From a virus: a stretch of 64,000 nt of DNA. The notes under the pieces were generated by a model, which saw nothing but the letters and a program-made list of their open reading frames with translations, was not told the DNA's origin and searched no databases. Shown piece by piece: positions 27,379 to 37,788 of this stretch (its first letter is position 1; each line of letters begins with the position of its first letter). The stretch lies in IMG/VR virus record IMGVR_UViG_3300046311_000263, positions 1 through 64,000 of that record. One strand, given 5' to 3'. A program made the translations under genes and the position numbers.

Positions 27379-28074
27379 TCAATTGTTATACGCTAGAATT
27401 ATTTCTTTACACATTCTACTACGTACAATGTCGGAATCTTCAAATTTTATAGTAGACACTCCAGCAATATGCTTTAATCTATCTACTGCGTCTTGTAGGC
27501 CAGATCCTGGAATATCGGCTTGGCTAGGATCGCCCGATAAAATAAACTTGCAGTTTTTACCTATACGGCTCAACATCATCTTGAACTCTGTCTTAGTCAT
27601 GTTCTGGCATTCATCGACTAACACTATACAATTGTCAAAAGTAGCTCCACGCATGTGTGTTAAGGGCCTAGGGTCTATACTCTTGCTCTTTAAACAATAC
27701 TCATAAAAGCCTTTACCCAGAAACTTACTAAATATTGCGTCAAAAGGTTCTAAGTATGGTTCATACTTTTCTTCTATAGTTCCTGGCAAGAAGCCCAGGC
27801 CTCGTCCAACTTCAACGTTAGGTCTGGTTAGTATTACTCTTTCAATTCGTTTATGATACAATTGATTAGCAGCATAGTGAGTAGCTATGAAAGTCTTACC
27901 GGTACCAGCACTACCAATTCCAAAAATTATCTCGCTATCTTCAATAGCTTCCACGTATAGTTGTTGAGCATAATTTAGAGTAGTGATCTCTTTGAATTTA
28001 TGCGCTACGTACTCTTCAGCCCTATTATCACTTTGCAATACTTTTCGTGACTTCTTACCAGAATTTACAGCCAT
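27379..28074 (-). CDS. phoH: PhoH-family ATPase
   Basis: GSAGTGKT, LGFLPG, MRGATF, DECQN, GDPSQ.D. Confidence 0.95.
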   Translation of the reverse strand: MAVNSGKKSRKVLQSDNRAEEYVAHKFKEITTLNYAQQLYVEAIEDSEIIFGIGSAGTGKTFIATHYAANQLYHKRIERVILTRPNVEVGRGLGFLPGTIEEKYEPYLEPFDAIFSKFLGKGFYEYCLKSKSIDPRPLTHMRGATFDNCIVLVDECQNMTKTEFKMMLSRIGKNCKFILSGDPSQADIPGSGLQDAVDRLKHIAGVSTIKFEDSDIVRSRMCKEIILAYNN

Positions 28075-28087
28075 TAGAATCCTTATA

Positions 28088-29626
28088 TTACTTAATACTA
28101 AATTTAGAAACAGTATAATTACCAGCGTATTTTCTACCTTGTTTACCTTCTACATCTCTAACGTAACCTAAATCATTACGACCTGTCAATGCTATAGATC
28201 CAGGTAAAGGTCTGAAAAACTCGTTAATGTTACTTATGCCTTCGGTATTGCCAGTGGCCGCGCTATGTGCTGCTTGAAGAGTAGTAACACTATTATATTG
28301 AGTACCTGCCCCCTGAGCCCCTACGTATCCAGGTACCCCTACTGAATCTAATATATTACCTCTAATCTTCCATCTAGCATCGTTTAGACTGCCTGTAGGT
28401 AGTCTGATGAATGCGCTGGATGTCCCTTTTACTATATTATTATCTATAAACGCAGTGGCTGTACCGGCTATAGTTCCGGTACTATACAGTCCTACAAACC
28501 CTCCCCAGCTAGTAGGGGATAAAGTAGAATCCCCTATACAAGTGTTATTATTAATATATACTGTACCAGCTATGGTTCCTGTACTTGGTGCCCAGGAAAA
28601 TAGACCTGCGTAAGTATTAAACTTACTAGAATTATACTCAATATCAATAACAGTAGATACTGTTGCATTACCTGTACCTCCATCTCCGGTAACTAAACGT
28701 ACTAAAGGGTTCCCGTTTGAAGATTCAGCATTCCAATGATTGTATTTAATATTAATTCTACCAGTATCCGAAATACCTGCTATACCTATCTGTATATTGC
28801 CGCTAGTTTCTCCATATAGATGATTTCTAAGAACGTTAACAGTACCGGAAACATCTCCTAGCATTATGCCTTGCTTTACTTGAACATTTCTACGAATATA
28901 GCACTGCTCAATATTTAATGTACCTGCAAATCCTGTACTGTTATAAAGCTGAATAGGGTCACCAATTGCGGATACTTCATCAATACCGTTATTAACGCAC
29001 ATTGCACGTCTAATAGTTACAAACCCACCAGCGTGCAGAGACTGAGTAGCACTTGTACCTATAGCAATACCTTCGTCCTGCGTATTACTTACTAGAACGT
29101 CTTCTATAAGTAGGTTTGGCCTATATGCGGATATGCCAACCCTGGCATTATCTATTTTTGCGCGTTTAATAGTAGCACCTATCTGAGCCTGTGCACTAGT
29201 ACCAATACTAACCGCGGAAGCCATGTCTCTAGCATTTACGATGCATACGTCTTCCACTGAACAACCAGTTCTACTAGAGTAATTGATTGCTCCTTGTAGG
29301 GTTTCGCCTGTTGCATCAATAGTCCACATTCCTTCGTGAACACCTGGAGATCTAACAACTTTGTACGTACTAGTTATATTTGGGTACTTCCAATAAGGTA
29401 TAGTTAACATTAAAATATTATCAGCTAACCCATACCCCCTGTATATCAGATTGTTGGCAGGTAGTACCAATCTACCAAATACTGTAGTACCATTTCTAAC
29501 ATTTATTATATCATTAGCTACAACAGCATTACCACCAGTCATACCCGGTACAGTACGCCACGGATCTTGTTGTGTACCTGTCCCTGCGTCGGACCCAGTT
29601 ACAGGATTTACCCAGTATTCACTCAT
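28088..29626 (-). CDS. right-handed beta-helix protein (possible polysaccharide lyase/depolymerase)
   Basis: YWVNPVTGSD..GT...PWRT N-terminus; N/G/I-rich parallel beta-helix repeats. Confidence 0.7.
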   Translation of the reverse strand: MSEYWVNPVTGSDAGTGTQQDPWRTVPGMTGGNAVVANDIINVRNGTTVFGRLVLPANNLIYRGYGLADNILMLTIPYWKYPNITSTYKVVRSPGVHEGMWTIDATGETLQGAINYSSRTGCSVEDVCIVNARDMASAVSIGTSAQAQIGATIKRAKIDNARVGISAYRPNLLIEDVLVSNTQDEGIAIGTSATQSLHAGGFVTIRRAMCVNNGIDEVSAIGDPIQLYNSTGFAGTLNIEQCYIRRNVQVKQGIMLGDVSGTVNVLRNHLYGETSGNIQIGIAGISDTGRINIKYNHWNAESSNGNPLVRLVTGDGGTGNATVSTVIDIEYNSSKFNTYAGLFSWAPSTGTIAGTVYINNNTCIGDSTLSPTSWGGFVGLYSTGTIAGTATAFIDNNIVKGTSSAFIRLPTGSLNDARWKIRGNILDSVGVPGYVGAQGAGTQYNSVTTLQAAHSAATGNTEGISNINEFFRPLPGSIALTGRNDLGYVRDVEGKQGRKYAGNYTVSKFSIK

Positions 29627-29627
29627 A

Positions 29628-30116
29628 TTATCCTACCAGTATATTAACAGTTTGTACACCGCTAAGAACTACGTGGCATCCAATAGCTAAGGCACGTTTC
29701 CAGGCAAACTCAACTCTACCTAGAACTAAGGTAGTAGTAGGTACAACGATAGTCCCGGCCGCACTAGTGTTATCGTAAATAGTTATAGTAGGAGAAGCAG
29801 TAACGGCAATACAATCATATCCAGCTAATTCACACGGACCTGTAAATACAGTACCTGTAGCTGTTCTATTAACATAGGGGGTGGATTCGGCTAATGCTAA
29901 TAATTGATTATTAGCATATAGCCCACCGTTATATGGATTATACTGTACAGGGAAAAATACCTGAATTCCGTCCTTATACTTGGCTAATCCCGCTCCTACT
30001 AACGCATCTAGTTCTGGTATTTCGTTATCTGATACTACCTCGGTAAGTCCTGGTAGTGTATATCCTACAGTAGTTATAGTAGATAAAGTTAAATTTTGAT
30101 AACTAAATTGGCTCAT
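29628..30116 (-). CDS. hypothetical beta-rich (virion?) protein
   Basis: 162 aa, TIYDNTSAAGTIV motif; late operon. Confidence 0.6.
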   Translation of the reverse strand: MSQFSYQNLTLSTITTVGYTLPGLTEVVSDNEIPELDALVGAGLAKYKDGIQVFFPVQYNPYNGGLYANNQLLALAESTPYVNRTATGTVFTGPCELAGYDCIAVTASPTITIYDNTSAAGTIVVPTTTLVLGRVEFAWKRALAIGCHVVLSGVQTVNILVG

Positions 30117-30457
30117 ACTTTTCTTTCAAAATGAGGAACATCTTTAAAAGACTTCCAAAACCCACCCCAATCATTCTTGGAGTCTAAAGATACCCAATAA
30201 TCTCCTAGAGGTTTTAATATAGTTGTATCATATATTAAAGTACCATTTAGAAAGAAATTCAAATCAATTGCGCATCTACGTAAATGATTACTATTCATAG
30301 TCTTGCTTCTGCCAGACTTAACATATATTTGCTGCTGTTCTGTAGTGCGGAATAGCTCTCCACCTGTTACTACAAAACCAAGCTCTTCTGCTTTAAAAAT
30401 TAACTTACATACATCTAGTAAGAATTTAGATTGTGCTTGCACTAAGGAACTATACAT
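30113..30457 (-). CDS. endolysin, M15-family peptidase
   Basis: R...Q, SNH....AID, WGG, DVPHFE. Confidence 0.9.
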   Translation of the reverse strand: MYSSLVQAQSKFLLDVCKLIFKAEELGFVVTGGELFRTTEQQQIYVKSGRSKTMNSNHLRRCAIDLNFFLNGTLIYDTTILKPLGDYWVSLDSKNDWGGFWKSFKDVPHFERKV

Positions 30458-30986
30458 TTTGTTGTCCTTTTATAGCATTTGCTAAGGAAGCATCTTTATC
30501 TCTAGAGCCCTTACTGCTGCCAAAGAAATAGTTGATTATAGTGGCTACAATGCTGCCTAGCAAGAATCCTAGTATAGTATCTACAAATCTAACATTGGTA
30601 GGAGGTATAGTCACCAAGGTAATAACGGTTATATAAACTATTGAAAATAGACTCCATCCACCTGCTAAGTAGTAAACAAAACGTTTACTAAATTTATCGT
30701 CTTGCGCCAGCGCTGCTTTTTGCATGTCTCTAGCATTGGCTGTATTACTGTGTTCTAGCTTTACTTCTTCTAACTCTTGAGAACGTCGTTCAATAGCATA
30801 TTTTTGCAAAGTCTCTTCGTGATGCATTTCTAGCTGAGCAAGCTTAATCTTACCTTCCTCAGAGCCCATTAATTTAGTAATATCTACTCCGATTTTTTCT
30901 TCAATGAAGTCTTTACCTTTTGTTGCTACCGCATTTCCTAATATACCTAGGCCGGCATTTAATAAAGTTGCTACTATTGGAAGCAT
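30450..30986 (-). CDS. putative holin
   Basis: Coiled coil, ANARDMQ, two TMs, YFFGSSKGS; adjacent to the endolysin. Confidence 0.75.
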   Translation of the reverse strand: MLPIVATLLNAGLGILGNAVATKGKDFIEEKIGVDITKLMGSEEGKIKLAQLEMHHEETLQKYAIERRSQELEEVKLEHSNTANARDMQKAALAQDDKFSKRFVYYLAGGWSLFSIVYITVITLVTIPPTNVRFVDTILGFLLGSIVATIINYFFGSSKGSRDKDASLANAIKGQQNV

Positions 30987-30987
30987 A

Positions 30988-31446
30988 TTATTTTAATCCT
31001 AAAAATTTAGCTATAGTCAATAGCTTAGACACAAACGAATGCTGCCATACAGCGGTAGCTACTTCGGATGCAGAAGGGCCTGTACTTCCAGAAGTAGAGA
31101 TACCCTGCGCTAATACTGGTACGGTAAGCTGTACCAGTACGTTAAAATTGCCTAAAGTAGATACCACGGGGGAACCTCCGCCATCTACGAATAGGTTACC
31201 AGTTATTACCAGTAAGTGGTTAGCCTCCATAGGTCTTACCCTCCATCCATTTAATAAAAATATGTATGGAGGAATAAGAAGGCCGCTACCTAGGTCATCT
31301 CCACCTACCTGCTTAAGTGCAGGTAGGTATTTGCTATTATCTGATACAACCAGCCAATCTATCCAGCTGGACCATATTTCGGTCGTAGAGGTAGTAGTAG
31401 AGTCTAATATTATTACCTTATTAACTGGATCAAATGAGATCGCCAT
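30988..31446 (-). CDS. hypothetical late protein
   Basis: 152-aa ORF in the late operon. Confidence 0.75.
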   Translation of the reverse strand: MAISFDPVNKVIILDSTTTSTTEIWSSWIDWLVVSDNSKYLPALKQVGGDDLGSGLLIPPYIFLLNGWRVRPMEANHLLVITGNLFVDGGGSPVVSTLGNFNVLVQLTVPVLAQGISTSGSTGPSASEVATAVWQHSFVSKLLTIAKFLGLK

Positions 31447-31478
31447 AATGACCCTTTATTTAGTAATAGTACCATCGC

Positions 31479-33113
31479 TTAAGCGTATACTCTATCTGCT
31501 TCGGCTACTAATGATAATGAAATAGCCTTACTACGAGTAAGAGTACCTGTAGCCGCCACGAATTTTCCAGTACCTGGACGTACACCTATTAATGTAACGG
31601 GTCTATCTGTACCTCCGGCAAAGCCTCCCTGAGTATTACCATCATAGTCATAATCAAACGAAATTGAAGATGTAGAGATAGTACCAGTAATAGGACTACC
31701 CGAAGCATTATTCACAGTAATAGCTCCTGACTCGCCATAATCGTTACCGGCACCAGGAGGTGTAGTAAACATTAGTCTATAGCTAGATCCAGCCCCTACT
31801 AATGGGGCGTTAAATGTAATTACACCTGCCGCAGCATATGGGTAATTACGAGCCGTGGTAGTATTATCATAAGAAGCAAAACTATTAGTATCCGCAGTAC
31901 GGTATCCTAATATAGTAACTCCGGCACCTCCTCCGTTAGGGTTTACTGGAGAGTAAAAGCCTGCTTTTAGGTCAGATCCAACAAAGTTAAGTAGAATAGA
32001 AGCAGTCTTGCCAGTAACACTGCCTGCAGAAGCTAATCCATTAATGTTAGTAGCTTGTCTTAATAGATACTGTATCTTAGTATAAATTTGCTGCAAAGTA
32101 GCACTAATAGGTGTAGCTCTTTGTAAAGTAAAACTTAGGTTAGAAGCTGAACCTGTCACTGCTACTGTTGTAGTTATACTAGTACTTGTAGGTGTTCCAG
32201 AAATACTGTATACTCCCTTACCGGCACCTTCGTGTACTATTAAAGTACCCCCTGCATAAGTGGCTCCAACTATACCTGCAGCTGCAGTTGTAAAAGTTGT
32301 AGTACCGTTAGATACTCCATCTACCCCTGAATGTGTACCTACATCTACTACTATACCAAAATCTCTGGCAGACCCAGCAGTATCAATATCCTTACTAAAT
32401 GTAGTTGGAAAATACTTAACATTTATTTCGCTATAAGGAGAAGCTGTGATACCCGCGTCGTTTGAAGTTATATCTAGATCAGATTCGTTTGATAGTAGTA
32501 AATTAACTAAGTTAGCCCCTGTAGAGGTTTTACCAGTATCAGCAAGAACTGAATCTTTATACTTGTAATTATACTCTCTTACAAATCCTTTAAAATAAGT
32601 TCTATTATCAAAAGTAGAAGTAGTACCATCCGCTGCAGCGTCCCCGTATACTTGAATACCTTCATTACATTGATCTGTGAAGGTAAAATTAGTAGGGGAG
32701 TCTGAGGAAGTACGCTGCCAATATAGCTGGGCTCCAGAAGATACAGATCCTAGTCCTACTATACCTACGTATTGTCTAGCTAAAGTACCTGACGAATTAA
32801 ACTCTGACCATCCGCCATCTCTAAGTCTTTGTCGAGTAGTATCGTTAGCAGGTTTCCACCCACTAAAAGTGTTTCCGTCTGTACCAAACTGAAACTGACC
32901 CGATAACGCGTCGATAGCGTACATAGGGAAAGGGCTATCTTGATAAGTAGACGTAGCCCATAATTCTACAAATTTACTATATAGAGCTTGTAGTGTGACT
33001 CCATCCTTAGCTACTAAGTTACCTGCAACGTTTAATGTAAAAGTTTTGGCAGTTTCGTCAATAGTAAGTTCCGTACCTACGTTTAAACTAGCCCTGGAAG
33101 TGATTTTTGCCAT
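31479..33113 (-). CDS. putative virion structural/fibre protein
   Basis: 544 aa, G/S/T-rich; AAGGA RBS. Confidence 0.7.
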   Translation of the reverse strand: MAKITSRASLNVGTELTIDETAKTFTLNVAGNLVAKDGVTLQALYSKFVELWATSTYQDSPFPMYAIDALSGQFQFGTDGNTFSGWKPANDTTRQRLRDGGWSEFNSSGTLARQYVGIVGLGSVSSGAQLYWQRTSSDSPTNFTFTDQCNEGIQVYGDAAADGTTSTFDNRTYFKGFVREYNYKYKDSVLADTGKTSTGANLVNLLLSNESDLDITSNDAGITASPYSEINVKYFPTTFSKDIDTAGSARDFGIVVDVGTHSGVDGVSNGTTTFTTAAAGIVGATYAGGTLIVHEGAGKGVYSISGTPTSTSITTTVAVTGSASNLSFTLQRATPISATLQQIYTKIQYLLRQATNINGLASAGSVTGKTASILLNFVGSDLKAGFYSPVNPNGGGAGVTILGYRTADTNSFASYDNTTTARNYPYAAAGVITFNAPLVGAGSSYRLMFTTPPGAGNDYGESGAITVNNASGSPITGTISTSSISFDYDYDGNTQGGFAGGTDRPVTLIGVRPGTGKFVAATGTLTRSKAISLSLVAEADRVYA

Positions 33114-33122
33114 AGCAAATCC

Positions 33123-35696
33123 TTAAATAAAATTACGATCAGTAGTCATTGCTACGGGTATAGAAGAATCGGTAGTGGTTAGAGACAGCCCACGGATATA
33201 CAGGGGAACATATCCTGTTTTGATAAAACCTACGTCAACTGTTTGTGCTCCACTATAGCTATAGTTATAGTTAGACAGCCCGTGGCTATCTTGCTGTGCA
33301 AGAATTGTACTAGTACCTGCTGTTAGAACTACTACGTCTGTACCAATAGGTAACCCTGTAAATGTTACTACGTTGGTATCTAAAGGATACAAATTATCAA
33401 CTTGAGCTGATGTAGTGGTAGTAATAGCAATACGAACATTTGTAAGTGCATTACCAACAGATGCAACTGCACAAGTTGCTCGTAACTTCAACTTAAATCC
33501 AGTCGAGGGACTAATCGATACTACACTAAGGTTAGCCGCACTAGCTGTTAACCATGTACCGTTCCATCCACTACCAATATTATACTGGAACTCAAAAGTC
33601 ATATTAGCAGTATTATTGCCAGTTAACGTAGGAGCAGTATTTGATAGTGCTGTACAGCCTAGAGCGTACCATGGTAACTCCCAAGTTACCTGATCACCTA
33701 TACTAGTTAATAGTACTTGTCCTAAACTATTGAAACGTGGGGTGCCTCCAGATATATAACACTCAGTAGCAGTTTCAGTAGTAGGTTCATTACCTGCTAC
33801 TGATAAAAACCCGGCGGTATTACTAGTAAAATGTAAGTGCCAGTGTGTGCCGTATATAGCAGTTTGACCGGTTACCGCAGAAGTTAAACGATTACCACGA
33901 TGTATGCTATTAAGAGAGACAAGAGCACTAGTATCTGCATCATCGCCTTTTACATGTTCTATTAATATACGGTTATCGCTGTTAGAAAACGCCCAGGCCC
34001 CTGTGCGTGTATTACTACAATATAAACGTTGAAATTTACAGTCAGCATTCAGACCGTTAGTTGTAACAATAAGGCCTGTTTGGTTTGCTGAACCTAAATT
34101 AAGTGAAGTAGTGGGAGTACCAACATTACGAAACTTTAAACCAAACGAACCAGAAGTTACCATTAATGCTAAATATGGGTGTACATTTGTTGAACCAGAC
34201 AGAAAAGATATCCCATCTACTGTAATGTTTGATGTACCCGTGGCTACGTTAACACAGGCTACTGGATTTGTAGCGGTTGTAGCTCCCGAAAATATATCAG
34301 CATAAATTAAGTTATTAATATTTATACGTTGGCACCCAGCAGCAACCTGAATTCCGCCATTTATACTCTCTAACCCATCTAATGTAAAGTCTATACAGTT
34401 AGATAGGCCCAGAGTATACGCCCCGGCGTTACCTCGATTCAACAGGCCTACAATACGACATCCATTAAAGGATATACCAAATGCATTAGAACACTGTACG
34501 GGGTTAGCTCCACTTGATGCCATACTGAAGCGAGCAAATAGACAGTTATCAATTTGTCCTCCAGAGAAATGAGACGATAGGTTTAAAGCAATGGATAATA
34601 AGGAGCCTATAGGAGAAACAATTAAATCGTCCCAAACTAGCGGGGCGGCAACTTCAGAAATAACAATAGTATCAGAAATTGCGCTATGTGCAAAGTCGGC
34701 CTGAAACGCCTGTGCCATATTTAAGTACCAACTACAAACGACATTAGTCATGCTAATACTGCCCGCAGCGCTAACAATAAATTCTTGACGCGTAGCAAGC
34801 GTGGTATTTGGTGATACTCTGGGACCAGAACCGCTAACAGTACGAGTACAGCATGTTAATATAATATTTGGTATGCGAACTCGGCAACCTGTTGGAGGTA
34901 AAAATCCTACGTTGTTAGTACCGTCACTACCAATACGAATGCCACTAGTAGTATGCCACACAATTTTACCTCGAGCATCTGTAGGAGTAGTAGCAGAGTT
35001 AACCATAGCGCCACATCCAGTAAATTTCTCAAACACTCCTGAGCCGCTAGCGGTTTCAATCCATACACCGGGGAATACTGAGGCAAATGTGGCAGTAGTA
35101 GGACAAGGCAGTATCTGCCCTCTAGTACCACTTGTTGTACCTAACTCAAACCAATCTCCAACGGTTTCAAAAGTACCAACACGTGGAACAGTTATTGTGG
35201 CTGTATCGGCACCTCGTACTTCAATCCAACCTACTACATCGGGTCCAGTAGCGCTAGCACTAATACCTGTTAAAGCTCCGGAAGCAAAAGCTCCACCTGT
35301 TACGGATTTAATTTTAATATACCCGCTAGCGGGCATCGCTGCTGCGGCTGCTATGGGTTCACTTTGCCAATTCTCCCATACGCCTAGCAGGGGTCCACTA
35401 ACACCTCCTTGTACTATAGAAGTACCAATAGCAGGTACCGTGCCGGTGCCTGTATTAAAAGGTATAACTCTCACAGTAGTACCGTCAATACGAACAGTAC
35501 CGCCAATACCAGCATAGGCTACGGTATCAAGAGAACCAAAAGCCGTACTATGTCCAGCACATTGATAGCTATCAGTATTAATAAGCAAAGTTGAAGCGTT
35601 ACTGATAGTATAAACATCTAAAGTAGCATTAGTAGATCCACTAACTAAGCTATCCCATGAAGTAGTTCCACCACTATTAATGTTAAATGCTGACAT
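33123..35696 (-). CDS. large beta-helix-containing protein (putative tailspike/fibre)
   Basis: 857 aa with beta-helix-like central repeats. Confidence 0.65.
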   Translation of the reverse strand: MSAFNINSGGTTSWDSLVSGSTNATLDVYTISNASTLLINTDSYQCAGHSTAFGSLDTVAYAGIGGTVRIDGTTVRVIPFNTGTGTVPAIGTSIVQGGVSGPLLGVWENWQSEPIAAAAAMPASGYIKIKSVTGGAFASGALTGISASATGPDVVGWIEVRGADTATITVPRVGTFETVGDWFELGTTSGTRGQILPCPTTATFASVFPGVWIETASGSGVFEKFTGCGAMVNSATTPTDARGKIVWHTTSGIRIGSDGTNNVGFLPPTGCRVRIPNIILTCCTRTVSGSGPRVSPNTTLATRQEFIVSAAGSISMTNVVCSWYLNMAQAFQADFAHSAISDTIVISEVAAPLVWDDLIVSPIGSLLSIALNLSSHFSGGQIDNCLFARFSMASSGANPVQCSNAFGISFNGCRIVGLLNRGNAGAYTLGLSNCIDFTLDGLESINGGIQVAAGCQRININNLIYADIFSGATTATNPVACVNVATGTSNITVDGISFLSGSTNVHPYLALMVTSGSFGLKFRNVGTPTTSLNLGSANQTGLIVTTNGLNADCKFQRLYCSNTRTGAWAFSNSDNRILIEHVKGDDADTSALVSLNSIHRGNRLTSAVTGQTAIYGTHWHLHFTSNTAGFLSVAGNEPTTETATECYISGGTPRFNSLGQVLLTSIGDQVTWELPWYALGCTALSNTAPTLTGNNTANMTFEFQYNIGSGWNGTWLTASAANLSVVSISPSTGFKLKLRATCAVASVGNALTNVRIAITTTTSAQVDNLYPLDTNVVTFTGLPIGTDVVVLTAGTSTILAQQDSHGLSNYNYSYSGAQTVDVGFIKTGYVPLYIRGLSLTTTDSSIPVAMTTDRNFI

Positions 35697-35699
35697 TTA

Positions 35700-35909
35700 T
35701 CAAGGTTCCTGATATGGGGGGAAAATGTCTTCATTAACCCCCATGGTTTCATCTGGGTATATAGCTGGGATACTATGGGCATACAGCTCGCTATATGCTT
35801 CTAAGGTAATTTCCCAGGATTTATCATAATGTGTAGGAGGAGGGGTTAATGCTAAGTCTACAGAAATAAAATCACCACCTACCTGATATGTTCTATACGG
35901 AGCACTCAT
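35700..35909 (-). CDS. hypothetical protein
   Basis: ATGA-coupled 69-aa ORF. Confidence 0.6.
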   Translation of the reverse strand: MSAPYRTYQVGGDFISVDLALTPPPTHYDKSWEITLEAYSELYAHSIPAIYPDETMGVNEDIFPPYQEP

Positions 35910-36340
35910 GAGTATACCTTAATTAGTCTATCTGACCAAATATTATCAAATAAAGTGTTACCATCTGCCCAGGTTTCAGTAACGTCTCCATCATTAGCTA
36001 GATCTATACGACGAAGTCTCCATACAGCAGAGCCTTCACTACTACCGGGAGACGCTTCGCCTTTATATATTAAGAACTCCGAAACAAAATCCACTCTTTT
36101 TGAATACATATCTAAATCCTCGGCAGAGTCTCCCTTAGGGCCTGCTATACCTGCACTAGTATGTACTGTATCCGTTTTTGTAACATCTGATACAACATTA
36201 TTATTTACAGTATTTACAACTAAATTATACGGTAAAGAAAAAGAGACTATGTTAGAAGTATTGTCCTTTACAGTAACTGTATCTGTAGCCATATCACTAT
36301 TAACTACAACAGATGTAGAATTTAATTGTACTATTGACAT
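35906..36340 (-). CDS. hypothetical virion-associated protein
   Basis: GIAGPKGD collagen-like triplets; YKGEA.PG.......WRLRRI...WADG..FDNIW motif. Confidence 0.65.
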   Translation of the reverse strand: MSIVQLNSTSVVVNSDMATDTVTVKDNTSNIVSFSLPYNLVVNTVNNNVVSDVTKTDTVHTSAGIAGPKGDSAEDLDMYSKRVDFVSEFLIYKGEASPGSSEGSAVWRLRRIDLANDGDVTETWADGNTLFDNIWSDRLIKVYS

Positions 36341-36930
36341 TATCTAGTAACTTCTTTTTCTACGCTTATAGTTCCGGAGGCTAACTGTAGGACGTACCCT
36401 GCAACTGTATAAAGTTCCAAGCTATAAACTGCGGATGTAAATGTAAACTCAGAACTCTGTACTGCGGATATATTTATAGTAATAGTTTTATTAGTATTAT
36501 CTAAAACTATTCCGCCGTTTGAAGTAGTAAGCTCCAGTAAAATATCTGCTGAATCTATTTTTGCTCTTATTTGAAGCCTGGCGCTATATGTTGATAAATC
36601 AGTAGGGAAATTATATTCTAGTACTCCTCCTGAAACATATGCAGTAAAACCTATGGCGTTTATATTGTTTATAGAAAGAGTGTCAGAAGTAACATCTGAA
36701 GCTATATGATAAATATCGGCGGAATTAAGCTCTTTCATGCCTACTACGTTGGTTACCTTAAATCGCCATCCCGGAGGTATAGCATGCCCAACAGAAGTTA
36801 TAACTACAGGAGCCGCATTGGTTATTCCTGTTATATACTTATATACTTTTGTACTACTTTCCCAACGTAGTACTTCGCTAAAAGTGCTACCCTTATATAT
36901 CTTATAGTTTAGTTTTACTGGGGCTGCCAT
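36340..36930 (-). CDS. virion protein with FCCH-like insert and BppU-like C-terminus
   Basis: ITGITNAAPVVITSVGH; DLSTYSARLQIR...AVYSLEL. Confidence 0.6.
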   Translation of the reverse strand: MAAPVKLNYKIYKGSTFSEVLRWESSTKVYKYITGITNAAPVVITSVGHAIPPGWRFKVTNVVGMKELNSADIYHIASDVTSDTLSINNINAIGFTAYVSGGVLEYNFPTDLSTYSARLQIRAKIDSADILLELTTSNGGIVLDNTNKTITINISAVQSSEFTFTSAVYSLELYTVAGYVLQLASGTISVEKEVTR

Positions 36931-36938
36931 ACTTATCC

Positions 36939-37229
36939 TTACTTACTTATTAACGCCAGAAAGGGGTCTAAATAATTTCTAGCTAGTGCGCTAGCTACTA
37001 AAGTTATTAAGCCTATAATGGCCCAGGTTATTATGTTACGCTTAAATTCTGTTAAAGACTCTAAGGATCTTTTTTCCGAATCACTCTCTTTTCTATGAAA
37101 GGTACGATGCCCGGTATAGTCTATGTTACCGTCCTCATCTTTAGGAAATGCACTTTCTAGTGATTTCTTTAGATCGCCCACTGTAGACTCTAATGCTATA
37201 AGTTTTTGCGAATCTAATGGATTATTCAT
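36939..37229 (-). CDS. small protein with C-terminal TM (holin/antiholin-like)
   Basis: AAGGAG RBS, coiled coil, C-terminal hydrophobic helix. Confidence 0.6.
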   Translation of the reverse strand: MNNPLDSQKLIALESTVGDLKKSLESAFPKDEDGNIDYTGHRTFHRKESDSEKRSLESLTEFKRNIITWAIIGLITLVASALARNYLDPFLALISK

Positions 37230-37251
37230 AAGGTCTCTCCTTCATAAATTA

Positions 37252-37689
37252 TTACTCTATTATGTAGGATTGGTCTACAGTTATTCTTCCAAACCCTATT
37301 CTAACTCGTCGCCTCCCAGCAGCCTGTATAGTAGCTTCTAGCAACTCCGAGCAGTACCATTTTGATACGTCTTCCCAAGAATGCTGTCTAGCTACCATAC
37401 CAAATATTGCTCCCCAATCGTAAGGTTTACCTATCTGAGCCTCAATAAATGCTAATCCCTTATCTGGGTTAGGACACTCTATTTCCTGTACTTCGTATTT
37501 ACTGGAGCCTTGTATGAATAGGGTTAAAGGTATACGGACCACACCTTTAAAAGCTGAGGCTTCTATTACGTGACTACCGTCCGCAGTTAATACTCCTACA
37601 TGAGAGTAAGGGCCAAACCAAGAAGCCAGCCTAATTAAAACTGAGCCTATAGTATGACTACGTCGATAGATAGCTATTAATTTCCCCAT
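37252..37689 (-). CDS. permuted papain-like NlpC/P60 (YiiX/YebB-like) protein
   Basis: YSHVG, VIEA, GKPYD, WYCSEL; AAGG RBS before ATG 37689. Confidence 0.85.
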   Translation of the reverse strand: MGKLIAIYRRSHTIGSVLIRLASWFGPYSHVGVLTADGSHVIEASAFKGVVRIPLTLFIQGSSKYEVQEIECPNPDKGLAFIEAQIGKPYDWGAIFGMVARQHSWEDVSKWYCSELLEATIQAAGRRRVRIGFGRITVDQSYIIE

Positions 37690-37739
37690 ATAGACCTTTA
37701 ATTTTAGCTGCATAAGCTATACAGCTATATTTTGATACT

Positions 37740-37768
37740 ATTATACCACTATACCAAATCTTTTGCAA
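37740..37768 (-). promoter_or_regulatory. late sigma70-type promoter
   Basis: TTGCAA-17bp-TATAAT (extended TG) on the minus strand. Confidence 0.75.
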
Positions 37769-37788
37769 GCTAAAAATTAAATAGGGTA

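Noticed and set aside
34801-35517. 238-aa + strand ORF and similar antisense ORFs across the late region
   Set aside because: Shadows of G/T/A-rich minus-strand structural genes.
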